A stretch of DNA of 64,000 bases from Diadema antillarum (taxonomy: Eukaryota), in assembly GCF_040938485.1 (NCBI RefSeq), contig NW_027271431.1, positions 3,038,001 through 3,102,000 of the forward strand, written 5' to 3'. How positions within the stretch are numbered: the stretch's first letter is position 1; each line of letters starts with the position of its first letter. A model generated the notes under the pieces. The model searched no databases, was not told the origin of the DNA, and saw only the letters and a list, made by a program, of their open reading frames with translations. Shown piece after piece: positions 11,011 to 24,860 of this stretch. A program made the translations under genes and the position numbers.

Positions 11011-12209
11011 AAACACTATGTATTAGATATATTTCTATTAGTTTTTCGGTTAATGATTTCTTCATCTTGTTCCATATGCACACTATATATATAAGCTCTG
11101 TCTCAGAATAAAGTTCGGAATCCTGCTATGATTGCTTTACCAGCTGTCATTCCTCTATGAGCGGATGACTCATCGAAATTATGAATTTCGAATTAAAAAA
11201 AAAGAAAAAAGAATATCAAATGCATGCTTGCCATTATTTGCTGTGTGTACAGCGTTAAGTTCCGTTCATATCGCATCGTAAAAATGATGTCTTCAAGCTT
11301 AATGATAAGTGCTTTGTTGCCGACATAGACATCATTTTCACTGCATTTACCAGGTAATTGATCACGTGAATTGCTGGCGTGAACATAAGACAGGCAGACT
11401 TGTCCTGGGGGTAATTTCTAAGTCAAATGAGCCTCTACACAGACGTTTGGTACACAACGAGAAGTCTTTATAGAGGTGAATGTTAATGATAGTCTGTAGA
11501 CATACACTACAAAGGGGCTCTTTCCTTTTAATACAAATAAACTTTCAGTACTAATGAACGATACAAATTTGCTGTAACGCCATTAGTTCCCCGCTCGACT
11601 TTGAACACTTTTATGCGTGTGTGCATGCGTTTCACGGACTCCTGCTAATCGCTTTTTGACTTCACTATTTACTCATGATTTTGAAAAGATCTCGTTGCAA
11701 ACTACGATGGTAGACGCAAACCGACAAACCACTGCAATTAGCTCTCTCATCACCGCCGCAACGATACTGCATTAAGTTTCCATTGTCTTCGTGAAAGTAC
11801 TGGTTCCGAAAGGGTTACCTGAGTAACATTACTGCAGCAGCCTCCCCACGAAAAGTAATTTGTAGATGAGGAGGAAAAACGTGGGAATCGTCCGTAAAGG
11901 TCGCTGTCAGACTTGATATGAGTAATGCGTGTCATGACGAATAGAAAGTGGAAGCAATAATCCATTATTTTTTCATGTCTGACTTTTCATGAGTCGATCG
12001 TATATTGCTGCTTTTGTGGGTGCTGGATGAGGCAGTAACTTTGTTTAACGTTTGCAGTGGAAACTTAACTGATAACGACACGAGACAATTTCAAAAACGT
12101 TAGTGCTTCGACGACTTGCTACTGTATATTCGACCCAGATCCATGACGGTTCGTAAATGTATGAAAGACTCAGTGTTGGTTGTGTTCAGGTGATTTAAAG
12201 AATGTGTAT

Positions 12210-12224
12210 GTGCATGTGTGTGCT

Positions 12225-12284
<60 letters not shown>
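12210..12284. repeat. (GT)n microsatellite
   Basis: Direct reading. Confidence 0.9.
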
Positions 12285-12287
<3 letters not shown>

Positions 12288-13359
12288 ATGCGAGTGTATG
12301 TGCATGGGGATGTGCATGTCATTATTTTGTATTAGTCAGCATGTTCTTAACCACCCTAGTTAGTTTTGCTCATGTCGCGACCATGTAAAGTGCACTAACG
12401 TCTTACTAATTTGAATTTAAACTGGACCTATAATGTGCCTGTGGATGTCTTTATCTGTACATTTTCGTATCACATTAGCTCTGTTTGTCTCCCTAGGTTT
12501 GTTCTGATTTTTGTTGCGATGTTAAATGCTCAAAAGAAACGAGTTTTCGGTGCCAAATTTTACTGTGAAGAAAATGTCACAAGGCTATTCGACAGAGAAT
12601 GAAGACCTGCGATAGTGTCCGGATGGACTGGTATTACCTGTTGTGATAAGCCTACATTGTTATAGCCCTTGTTAAGTGAATGATTATTCTTTGTATCGAT
12701 TAAGTTATAAAACAGGGCGTACTTGAATTTGCACATGAGATTAAGACCATGAGATATCCCTCAAAATTAATTGCCAGTGAGGTTCTGAGAAAACGATATT
12801 TCCGGTTCCCGCCAGCTGGTGATTGAAACAAACTGCTGAGAGAAATCGATTCACATATAAAATTAAATCGATGCTTTATCATAACGTCCGCTACTGGTCT
12901 TTGTGGGTGTTTGTATGTATGAACAGAAATTATATGACTTAGACGTATGAAACAATATGAAGCCTTTATGAAATAGTCTTTTTTCATAATTATCGTTTTT
13001 GAAGCGGAAAGGAAAAGTTTGCGAACTTTTTTAACTTAGCGATTAAAATGCACTCGGCATTCACTGTCGGAGGAGTACGAAGCGAAAAAAAATGTTGAAA
13101 TTGCATGGATAGCCAAGGAAGATAAACTTATTAAGTAATCGCACTATAATAACGACATTGGGTGTGGGGATGACTAAACAACATAAAGGACCCCCTATTC
13201 CTCACCTTATGCCTTCATGCTCGTCAAAGGTTCCCTCAGCGTCAATCCTAATTCCCCGAGGGAAAATTCTTGTGTCGAGTAGGCCGTCGACACAATACAC
13301 AACATACCTGCTCTTCTCCTTTATCTATACCGGCTGTGAAAAGAGAACACACTTTAAGT

Positions 13360-13390
<31 letters not shown>

Positions 13391-13819
13391 AAACACACGC
13401 ATAAACCAAATGCTTCATAACAGATAGCCTTCAGAAGATTTATTATCACTTAGGACAAAGTCAGTGGAAAATTTGAGTGTCTCTTCCTCTCATACTTCTC
13501 AGATCAATTCCCTCTCTCGAAAACTCGCACGTCCCTCAGAGTGTCCTACTGACCAGTCACTAAGAGCCCTGAAGAGCCAAAGACAACCGGCGACAGCTGT
13601 CCATCAAATATTGTAGACTGAGAAACAAATGTTGAAGCACCTTGTGACTATTAAAGGAAAGGTTCGCCGTCTCACAACACCCACAAGTACACACACATCG
13701 ATATTATATAATATATTTGCAGATGCTCCGCGTATTGGCAGTACCAGAAATAGCAATAATAATGTCACAATAGAGGAATGCATTAAATGCCAATTGCCTT
13801 GATTTTAATTCAAAATCCG

Positions 13820-13899
13820 AAAGTTCGGGGGCCTCCCCCTTCGTCAGGGATGACAGTGCTTACTGTCATCCCTGACGAAGGGGGAGGCCCCCGAACTTT
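13820..13899. repeat. Perfect 38-bp inverted repeat with a 4-nt loop; each arm carries a hammerhead-like core (possible Penelope-like element remnant)
   Basis: Arms 13820-13857 and 13862-13899 are exact reverse complements; core CTGACGA-A-GGGGG-AGG-CCCCC-GAAC. Confidence 0.85.
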
Positions 13900-13966
13900 G
13901 AATCATGAGTGCCTGAATGGGCCACCAGAAGATAGCCATTTTGGAAATTTGGTAATGTCGAGAACT

Positions 13967-13967
<1 letters not shown>

Positions 13968-14011
<44 letters not shown>

Positions 14012-14048
14012 TATAATATTTATATGTATATATACATACATATATATC
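13968..14048. repeat. (TA)n microsatellite
   Basis: Direct reading. Confidence 0.9.
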
Positions 14049-17022
14049 AGTTTTTCATGCCTGTATGTAACTACACATAGGGCCTATGAATATACGAGTC
14101 AATATCTGTACTCATACCTATAATATCATTCACAATAACATCTTAGCCCCCTTTATTTGTATTACATCACCAGCCTTTTCTGTTTATATGACATTTTAGC
14201 CATAGATTTATGACTAATAAACCATTCAGCAGTCTAATCTGTGTTTTTTGGAAATGTGTTTACAGTAGCATAGTATGTTAACTGACGAATTCTTCAATTT
14301 CTTAAAGTGACTCTGCTGATTCGGGAGAAAATCGATCTTCCCTCTTGTTTTCAAATAAGGTTGGCTACGTGTCAGTGTGCTCACAAGCAATTTCGTGATT
14401 AGTACCGTGTGTGTGTTGAAAAATCTTGCGTGTCTGGTTAGCCTCCATTATGGTCAACTTCACTTTTTCCGATTCTTTTTCGTGTCGTCGTCTTCCCTCA
14501 TCCGTTTGGTTACACCAGCTGAAATGAGGTGTGTCAGTTATCAAGCACGTGTAAGCATTAATCTTCCACGGCTGCTTCCATAGCTCTCTCTCTCACTCCC
14601 TTACTTTCTCCGATCGACGCCATGGTCGAAAGGACTATACGGTCTTGACTGGCAACACTTTACGTAATGACAGCCAATAAATCAAGAACGACGTTTAAAA
14701 AAAAAAAGCTGCATCGACTGAAATTACGGGCCGCACAAATTCAAAACAAGGGTTGTGTTTTCACAACGCATTGTAGATCGAATACTCTTTTTTTTTTGGG
14801 GGGGGGGGAGGGTAGGGGGAGAGGCTGTAAAAACCATGCCACGATAGAAACTTCTAAACATAGAAGCGAGGAAACGAGAAAAGCAGGTTCAAATTTTAAT
14901 TTTTAGTTTTGTGAATGGATGAAACATGCGTTTGCTATGCGATCAGCCCCTCCTATCTGATTATTAAGAAATAAAACCACACGCTGCAAATACCATCTGG
15001 CGGAGGAAAACTATTGAAAATGTTTGAAACGCCCATCACATGTGGTTACCTATTTCCGGCCACTGATTATCAGAACCTTTGACCAGGATTTTGCCAGACT
15101 CTCTGGATCTTTGAACCTCATGTGACTGAATTGTATGCATGCAGCATCTCACTTGTGACAAGACGTTTTATATCCGGGAGTTATTGATGTTTTTCACCTC
15201 TTGGTAAAGAGGCTTAATCAGAGAAATTCAGGGTCTAGAGGTCAATCAATCAGGGACTAACAGTTCTCTTTAGTATTCTTTTTTTTTTTTTTTGCTTTCT
15301 GACCTTTCTGACAGCAAAGCATGAACTTAGTTACTTTCCTGATCCTGAATGAAAAGAACGCTTCCAATCGGGTTAATTCGTCAACTGTAATTTTTACGAG
15401 TGGCAAGGGGCTTCCTTCAGGGCATTGCATCACTTGTTGATACGCTGTGAACCTTTAGCGAGTAGTGTTGTCTTATTAATGGCACGCACGATGGCCAGGG
15501 GTTTCGTCTCCGCCGCCGTCGTTGTTGCAGTGAGATCTTTAATCTCTGTCAGGCCGCGAAACGTGGAATATATGTAAATATCTCAATATCCTTTTCATCA
15601 ATCGCTGATACCTAAGCAGCGTATTTTCTCGTATACAGCCTTAAGGCCTGTAAGATGAAACACACTGCCAGCTCTCTTTCATCAAACAGGAGACGCCGTC
15701 CATCAAAAAAGCTCCCGACAGAATAAAAAAGCAGAAAGGAAAAGGGAGAAAAAGATATCTCAGTGGCAAAATGAAAAGTTGAAAGAGGCAGGTTGCCGGG
15801 CCAGGTGTCGAATTCATACCGCCGTTCCGCGCAGACGATAAATTTCCTACTGTATGTAATGGTATCCCTTGCAGTAGCTCAGGTGTGCGTTAGTTCCGGT
15901 TTACAGATACAGACTCTATACCTGCTAGACGGGCTCACAGACTTGTTCAGATAAAGCGAAGCACGTATCGATTTATGTCTTGAATAAATTTAGATGACGA
16001 GCATAAACGGATCGCAGAGAGCTCAAAACCCCCAAACGAATCTCTTGGATCTTGGGAATTGTAGTTCTCTGTCTTATACCAAAAACAAAACTAAAGAAAT
16101 ATAGATGACTGCATATATTTAAGTATTGAAAAAGTGAATGAACTAAATGCCTCTTCGTCGTCAGACAAATCGAGGTCATCACAGTCATGAAACATTACGA
16201 AGGAACTTTACAGAATGCTTGTCTAAGTTTTCATGTTATGTGAGATGACAGCTCAAAACATCTGGACCTGGCCGAGAAATTAAAAAGAATCATGGCGCAT
16301 GTAACCAGACGTATCTGTTCCCGCAGGCAGTGACCGTCAGACACCTTACGGTGTCAGTTTACCTCATGCAAAGTATGTATCGATCATCATTTTCCCATAG
16401 ACTTCCGTGCAGATGTCTAGAGCGCCACTAAGATGACGATCTTTTACTCCATTTATGTCTCAACCCGGCGAACATGACCTAGTTCATATGACGCCTCCTT
16501 AAATCCTTCTACAGGCGCTGTATTTCACATTAGAATGCCTGGCGCCTCTGTCCATTCCTTTTAATCTTAAACTTTGTCTTTATGGGGGTCAGAGTGTAGA
16601 ACAACAAAAGAAACATCATTAAAATGGTACGCTTTTACTGACATCGTTGATCGCTGGAAAAATACGCTCTAGTAGGTTTACATTGAATAATTATTGTCAT
16701 CAAAATGACGGGCTCGTGCAGTTCTGCGCTGCATCTTTAACCATTGGGATTATGGTTAGTGTAATGTTTGTGGGTTTAATTTTTGCTTGGCTTGGCATGC
16801 AGATATTTCATGGGAGCAATATTGTCGCAGGAGAAAATGTCATGGAACCGCTCATAGAACATGCCGTGATGAACTAGTTTGCATTCAGTATAGCACATAT
16901 AGCACAAAAAATAGTCGCAATGTTTCTTCCATTGATTTCAAGGGAATCACCCCATGATGTGTTATGTCAAGTTAAGACCTTGTGATACGTACAATAAATC
17001 ATGTAGTGGCTCACGTAACGAA

Positions 17023-17036
17023 CACACACACACATA

Positions 17037-17106
<70 letters not shown>
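17023..17106. repeat. (CA)n(TA)n compound microsatellite
   Basis: Direct reading. Confidence 0.9.
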
Positions 17107-17111
<5 letters not shown>

Positions 17112-19399
17112 GTAACTGCGAGCGCGATGAAGGCAAGTTTGGGAAGAATTACGCAGTACTTACTGCGACCGTCAGAGTATCAGCAGATCACCCAAATATG
17201 GCAAAAAGTACTCTTTACACAAGAATACGATTTAGCACATGACCCGGAGGGGTTTTGCGTTGATCTCTTTATGAAGAAATACGTTGTTTGCTTCGTTCAA
17301 ATTTATACCGCATTCACTAGGAGGGTCGCGATGGAAAGAAAATACGAAGGGAATACCAGAAATTGCATTTGTTATGAAAAATCCAAATACCTACGAACTT
17401 GTTACGGACAGATGTGAAGGGTAATATCATCCCCCGCCTTCTGAAAGAGGCAAGTTACACTCTCTTTCATTATGCTAGAAATACTGAAATTTTACTTCTC
17501 GCTATATCTTTCATAATTTATATTGATGATCTTCTTCGAAATACTGAAGAACTTGTCCAGTACGAGCCATACTGCGCATAGAATACAAAGGGCGATTAAA
17601 AGTTGGGCCCCTATTGATAACACTTAGTGTGTGACCTGTACGTCTTATTATGAAACCGTTTTTCAAAATGGTGATGTTTCTGAAAATAGATTTTTTCCTT
17701 GTCCAAGAATTATGCAGAAACGTCTGTTGAAGGTGAATGAATAAGTCAAGAACCTCTGGTGTTCTGTACCATTGATGACATTTCATTTTGTTTACGCTCT
17801 TGGCTGTTGATTGTTAGCTTTTGGGTTTTTCTTTAAAAATTACTGCGAAATGAAATCCTCAAATTTTTCATGTTCGTTCTCAGAAAATAATGAACTTCAT
17901 AAAAAAAAAATGACACACAGTACTCTGCTGTCTTACTTTTCGCTAAAAGCGATCATCAATTTACCGGACTCGTCTCCAGGCCTTAATTTCTACGCTAGGC
18001 CGAATAATAGCTGATAATGCTCGCTTTCTGAAGGTAACTCCGGATACGTCACTTTCTTCTTCAATCTCCTTAATTCGTTTTTAAATGGCAATGACTGTTT
18101 GGCAATGCTGCTAAGCTTCCATCGAATATGATCATGCAACGCTGTTTAGCACGCTTGCCAGCCATGCATCTTATTTCATTCCATTGGGCTAAGGCCTCAG
18201 AAATATGATATCTCACGCATCAAAAGTCATCAAGAGCGGTCTCCCGTCACTCAGTCACCACCTGAGGATTTTAAGAAATGAGACAACAAGTAGAGATAAA
18301 AAGAACAAATCTATTAGTTTGTCTACAAAGATCTCCACGACGAGAAAAAAAAATCGAATGTTATTCTTCTTCTTTTTTCTATTTCACAGGTGATACTTGG
18401 CAGACGTCAGACAAGATTGTGAAAGAATAATTATGTGAAGTAACATAACAAGGAGGGTGAATACATTGGAACACCTGTCGAAATAAACAGGTGAGAGAGA
18501 ATGTCCAGAATGTGTCACGTTCACCTGGCAAGAGCGTGTTCAAGATGACGTGATGTCACTAGGCAACAAAAGGATTGTTTGTTCGTCAACAACGGATATG
18601 TATGTGAGAAAGGTGGCACTTTGTAAGACACACCTGCTTGTTTGTGAATAAGGGACCAAATTCAGTGTTCTTCCTCTTCGAGGATCTAACACAAATCTCT
18701 ATCTGAATGCGAAACAGAAAATATGGTTTAAACCATGATGAAACAAACTTGGATGGAATGGGATAAAACACTCAAATGAGGAGAAAACATCATGATATTA
18801 ACATCATCGGCGTGGTAGCCTTGATTGGAATACGACAGTGTACGAGGTTGGAGGCAAAAAGCGAGGAGGGCCCCATACCCAATCGGTACAAAACTTATGA
18901 TGAGCCTCAAAACTCCTTGGACGAATATCTTTCGTATTTTCCCTACACCTTGAACCACATGCATGAACCACAATTGGCATGGGTAATTAACTTTTTTTAA
19001 AGTGTACGACATGAACCTAGACAAACTCAAGACCGTACAGAATCAGTCCAACGAATGTCCGCTAGTGCCATCAAAGCATTTGCTTCATTCTGTGAAACTC
19101 TGCAAAAGCTCAAATCTCAGTAAAACTAGTTTTCGTCCGGCAATCTCTATTACCTCTTGATCAAGTGCATACGGCAAGGTGTGCTAATCGGTCAAGAAGC
19201 ACGGTTGAAAAACCAGGTAGTGCTGCTCTATAGTGTGGCTATACTTTACCCTTTTTTATCATTGCACTAAAAGAAAAAAAAGGCTTCTCTCCGAAGAATT
19301 GAAGTCAAAGGAGCATCGAAATCACCTATCGGCGACAAAACTTACTAGTATTCGATGGTATTTTTAGAAAAAGGGGTAACCTTGTGCTAGTAACCGCTT

Positions 19400-19405
19400 T
19401 CGTGT

Positions 19406-19455
<50 letters not shown>

Positions 19456-19458
19456 GTA
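19400..19458. repeat. (GT)n microsatellite
   Basis: Direct reading. Confidence 0.9.
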
Positions 19459-21993
19459 CGTGGGGGCGAACTGACGACGGAATGGCGAGTCTTAAAAGTG
19501 TGATCAATCTTTCTTGTTTGGTTGTCTTACATCCTGCTTGTATGGATAAATCTAGTCGTGAAATCACTAAAATGCAAATGGGTTCGATTCTAAGGGGGCA
19601 AGCCATCCATTTTCCGAGTTTGTGTGTTTGAATGTGTGTGTGCGTGTTTGTGTGTTATTGTGTGCTTTTACATGTTTCTGTAATTTCTCAATGCGAACGC
19701 GAGAATTGTAACGACATTACAATTCTAGCATTTGCTGCAACAAATTCGTTAAGGTGTTCAGGGAAACTACCGCTTGGGTTATTCTAACCCTATAGTAGAA
19801 GTTCCAGTGGCGCGCAAGCTTTGTATTACATGAGCTTTTAAGGACACGGAAATGTACAAACAACAGCGGTATGGAAAGGTTTTTGAAGGTGCAATGTTGA
19901 CCAAAGATTACGTCATCTGAAGCACTCTTCTTTTTCACATGCTCATTTTTTTTTTCTGGAGGGGGGGGGGGGGGTATTTCTATCTACTTGGAAGAATTCT
20001 CAACTGTGTCTCGGATACTGTAAAAGCATAATGCCGTCAATAAGCCAGTTCGGGGTTCCGGTTTGAGCATGAGCAGAAAAAGGTCATTTGTACCGAGAGA
20101 CAGGTTGGTTTTTAATTTCACTTAGATAAGCATCTGTGATGTAATGATTATTCATGGTCCTTATAAATGGTGCCTGTCAGAACATCCACCTGACACCAAG
20201 CCTGTGGCAATGTTAACGGAAAAAGTTTGTTAATGTATTCAAAACAGAACAATGAAATAGATGCTTCCCAAAGTGTTGACTGACGAACCATTCTCGTCAC
20301 TTCATCTACACATGTTCATTCTTTGTTAGAATACGAGTTCCATAAATTGCTATGTTGGGCAAGCCGCTACATTATGTCACTTTGAATTGAGTGAAGTGCC
20401 TAACCAACTGAGAAAAATGAAAGGTCATTTGTACCCATGTGCACATGAGCTATCTCCGAACTGGCTTATTAATATAGAGCGGGAGAATTTACGAGTGAAC
20501 AAGAAAGGGAGATATTTTGAGACAATATTGTTCTGTCAAATAGAAGGAGAGAACATTTCTCGTTTAACATCGAAAGTAGAACCAAAGTTTGGACACAACA
20601 ACTGAAGGAACAACTCTTTACAGTCAGTGCTTTTATTGGTATCCTTCATTTGATTCATAGGCCCCTTTTGAAAAAGAAAGAAATCTATTTGTATTTGCCA
20701 TATTAAAGACGATGCTCTGTATGCTCAGTTGGTCTGCTGGATAGGGCCTGTTGAAATAAAAGTTGAATGGAAGATGTGAACATTCACTGATATACAAAAT
20801 GGAGGGGATTCTTTCCATATCAATCCAATATAGCCGGAACTTTCACGATTTTCTTGCTTTTCTCTCGGCACCTCCATCACAAAATTTAATGACTCTCTCG
20901 AAGCCCACGAGTCCGTTTTTGAAATCTTTTATAGGGCGACTAAACCAGACGGCCAAACAGAAGTTTAAAGCAAATATTCATTTGGTAAGCGTACATTTCT
21001 CATGACTTTAATATACATGATATAAGTAACAGTAAATCCTCTACGCAGAGGATTAATTGCCTTTTCACTCGTTTAGGTAATTCCAGACGCCTTAAAGGCC
21101 TAAACAATAAAAAGCATATCATATAAAGAGAGTTGATTCGGTAATATGGGTGTCACAGCAGATCGGCAAAGCACCGCTTATAAAATATCAGTCCGTTTGG
21201 ATAATACGCACAAGTTCCCGGGAAAGAAAAATCACGGTGATTTAGAGAACTCGAGCAGGCAGGATTGCTACTATAATACCGCCTCTGAAAGTCCCTCATC
21301 TTCCACCAAGAGATGTTAGATGGATAGAGAAAGACGGACGACTTCACTTGATCATCGCCACTCATCCGGGTCCTTCATAACGCTTGAGGGGGGGGGGGGG
21401 GGGGTGGACAGCTAGGCGAAACGTCTTCCGCGATTTCCAAATCCTAATATCGAGTTCGTTTGTTTGTTTTTGTTTTTTCTTCCAACATGATTTCATACAT
21501 AAATCAAGATTATTTTCAGTAATATGACATGAAATATCATTAAGCAGATGACAACATACATGATTCGAAGGACAATAAATGTGTAAATTAAAACCATTGA
21601 CAAAAATTGACAGAGTTGGCACGGTAGCTGTCCAAACATTAATATATAAGCCAAACAAACAAACAAGCAAAGAGACATTTTTAATCAAGTATGATTTTCC
21701 TTAGACTGCCCTATGAGCTTCGATACATGCAGTGCTTTTTTTTGTTTTTTTTGTTAAGGTTGCACTGCACAATGCGTATGAAAAGGTAATCCAACTTAGA
21801 GGATCACTATATCATAATTGTCAACTATGGAGAGCAAAATGTTGTTTGTGAAGAAAGGAGAACCACTGTTCTTCTTTCCATTGATACCTAATTATGTTGA
21901 CAAATGTCATGCATGGTTGAGCACATTAACTTTAAAGACAACAATGGCAAGTTACACTTTTTCCAAGTTTGAATGTTCTCATAGAATGTCTAC

Positions 21994-22500
21994 CTGAAAC
22001 GAATGAGATCTCTCAATGAAAGTGGTCAATTAAAAGGCCAGCTTGCACAACTTCATATTTGCTCTAACCCTTTATGGTCCATACCCTTCAACATGGCCAC
22101 TTTCTCCCTTCATAAATTATTGAAGACATGGTATGTCCCTGCAAGCTGTGTGTTGAATATAAACAGAGAAATGGACTGTGTGGGTTGGCCTTTTTGGGAG
22201 TGCGCAAGTTATCGGACAAGTGGCCAAATTACTATACAAATGATGAAAAATACTGTTAGTTTTCGACCCATTTTATAAAACAAATGATGCACAGGATTAT
22301 TTCGTGGCGTTAGTGGAGATGCCCCATCTCCACTAACGCACTCTATCCTGTGCATCATTTGTTTTATAAAATGGGTCGAAAACTAACAGCATTTTTCACG
22401 TACCTTTGTGGGTCAATACCAGTCAGCTACATGTAGCACTCGCTCAAGAGTCAAGATGTCCGAAGATGTTCGTCCCAAACATTTACGCACGTCGCACTCG
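21994..22500 (-). ncRNA. Candidate first two exons of a minus-strand non-coding transcript or 5'UTR (about 22500-22404 and 22145-21994)
   Basis: Donor AAAG|GTACGT at 22403, acceptor tttctctgtttatattcaacacacag| at 22146 and donor TTCAG|GTAGAC at 21993. Exon 2 has only very short ORFs. An upstream CpG-rich patch carries TGACGTCA and TGTTTAC motifs. Confidence 0.3.
22244..22398. repeat. Foldback hairpin: 54-bp outer stem (53/54), internal loop, perfect 15-bp inner stem, 3-nt loop
   Basis: 22244-22297 pairs with 22345-22398; 22307-22321 pairs with 22325-22339. Confidence 0.9.
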
Positions 22501-24842
22501 GAAATCCCGCACATATAAGTATTACTGTACGTATAAGAGTATACGTACGCCAAACGTGTTATGCACACAAGAAAGGCCGGCCGGCAGCCCGAAGTTGTTT
22601 ACAGGATTGACAGCGCGTATAGTAGCGCGCGACGCACTTGTAACAACTGATTGAGTGCGCACTGCTAGTGTCAACATTGTGACGTCAGGCCGTGCATGTT
22701 AGTGAGAAATAATTGTTGCACGCACACGTGACTCGTTTCAGCGCTTCCAATTGGCTACATTCTTGAACCCATTTTATAATTGTATATATTACATCAATAT
22801 CTCAGTGTTACTGATGGGGGCGCCTTTCTATAAGCATGCTTCTCCTGGGGTTTCCACTGCCAAATTCAACTCTTTTTGCTTTGTTCTAAGATTACTATGC
22901 ATAATTATGATTATGTATTTTTGTGTGTCTTTTTATTGTACTCCTGAAATGATGGTGAATGAATAGAATTAAACTTGAATTGAATATATCTATTGACTAC
23001 ACGAGCCTCATATCCATCTGAATATATTTTTAACGTGCAACACCCTCTCCTGGTCCAAAAAAGGAGTATATTCCTATAAACCAACCACTTTTATCGCGGA
23101 AAGGGGGGAAGCTGAGGGGAGGGAGGTTAATGACTGTCGAAAAATGCGGCAATAACTCAGAACACGCACGACAACTTTTAGGGGAAACAAGCTTCATTTG
23201 GAGGCTTTGGTGATATCTCACAGCACCATCAACAACACTTTCTGCCTTCAAAGGACAACGTTATATACTTTATTAAACGACTGTCAGACAATTCATCAAC
23301 GTTAAAAACCAAGGTTGTATGCAAAGCTCGGGGTAAATTTATATACTCTCTTGGGTCGATCGCGAAACGACTTTATGAAGAATTTCATTTAGGTCTCGCA
23401 CCTGTAAATAATCATCCATTTTTATCCATAGACACACGTGCTGAAAATAAAGAAGTAAAAAAAAAAATCATACAAAATACACGAAAGATTCAGTGTTTCT
23501 TGTAGGTAAACCAACTTATTTTACATGAGTCCTAACATTTGTAAGAGGGATTTTTCTGCTCAAACTTCGCTAAGTCATTGACAGAACGACTATACAGTTG
23601 TACCACTAACGGATTTAACGTGTTTTCTGAAACTATACGCCGAAACAAATGTATAGTCTCCCGAAATTTGAAAAGAATATGTGTCCAACCTCCAAATAAG
23701 GCGTATTTTGTGTAGAGTTCAGCCTCATAAGATGCATCTGATCAGTCTTTATAACAGGCGCGTATGACTATTTTTGAAAATAGCTTCTTTTTTTAAGATT
23801 GATTTTTGGTATCTCAGGAACAAATAATGGTGGGACTTTATTTACAGATGTGAGACCTATATACCGTTTATAATCCATGAATTTCTATACCACGCGGAAG
23901 CTAGTGCTATTGAAGAAGGATTCAGAACGTCAGATGTAAAGGAGAAAGAGTGAAAGAGAGCGAAAGTGAAGAGACAGACAAAGAGAAAGACATGTGAGGG
24001 GTAGAAAGATAGATAGAAGGCATAAAAATACAGTATGTATATACTGGAAGGGACGAGTTAAAGAGAAAGAACAGACCCGTGAGAACAAAAGAAGAAAGAA
24101 ATGGCAAGAGATGAGGTAAATGAGATGTAGAAATTAATTTGAAAACTCGGTTTAAGTGGCATAACAGAAAGATCTAATGAAATGGAAGAAGAGTGTTGAA
24201 CTCGCGGCCATTTAGACATGATTGGTTAAACCGTTCAACAGGCTGAAGAGCAATTCTGCTTCTCTTGTTTTCATTTCTTATCGTCTTATCATCTCCACTG
24301 GATACAAGAAATCTAATCTGAAAATACTGGCGCACAAAACACCGACTAGTCTCTCCAGTCAGGTGCACCTACCGCTTTCATTAGTTTTCATTTTTTAAAT
24401 ATGTTTTATTTCATTTCCAACAAAAATATAAAGTACAATATAACATTTGCATATACATACGGAATCAATGCAGCCAACTTTTTCTATAACAGAGAAAACA
24501 TACCAATAGAGTGCATTCATAATAAGCTAACTGTAACTAAATTGTATCAAGGAAAAGTTGTTGTAAATTGAGGGAACTGCTGAAAAGCCTGGCTTTGCTA
24601 GTCTTTGAGACCGAAAGGGTTAAGGTTTAAGATGTGATAGGAGCTACAGGTGCTGTGCCGTCGAGTGACGTGCTGTAATCATAGTCGCCTCATGTTCGAA
24701 CCGATGACCCCTGGTGAGATCAAAATCTGGTCACTGTAGGTTTAGCTTTCCTTGCTCACCGCTTTCTTTTTCTTGAAGATCGATTATAAACCTCCAGAGC
24801 ATTTGACCTCTTCTCCTAGGTCCGATTCCATCGATTACTGAA

Positions 24843-24860
24843 GTCACGTGGTCACGTGAT
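24843..24860. promoter_or_regulatory. Tandem GTCACGTG E-boxes (USF/MiT-TFE type)
   Basis: gtcacgtggtcacgtgat read directly; splice-donor-like sites point away on both strands (24759 minus, 25304 plus). Confidence 0.4.

Noticed and set aside
13560-13605. Second hammerhead-like string CTGAAGAGCC...GGCGACAGCTGTC
   Set aside because: GAAA is replaced by GACA and no stem I pairing exists
19175-19186. 12-nt similarity to my recollection of an echinoderm microRNA (miR-2011-like CAAGGTGTGCTA)
   Set aside because: The 5' end differs, the match is partial and no precursor hairpin is evident
24276-24317. WD40-like peptide IRFLVSSGDDKTIR on the minus strand
   Set aside because: It lacks the following W/D residues, is out of phase with the nearest upstream donor and has no further repeats
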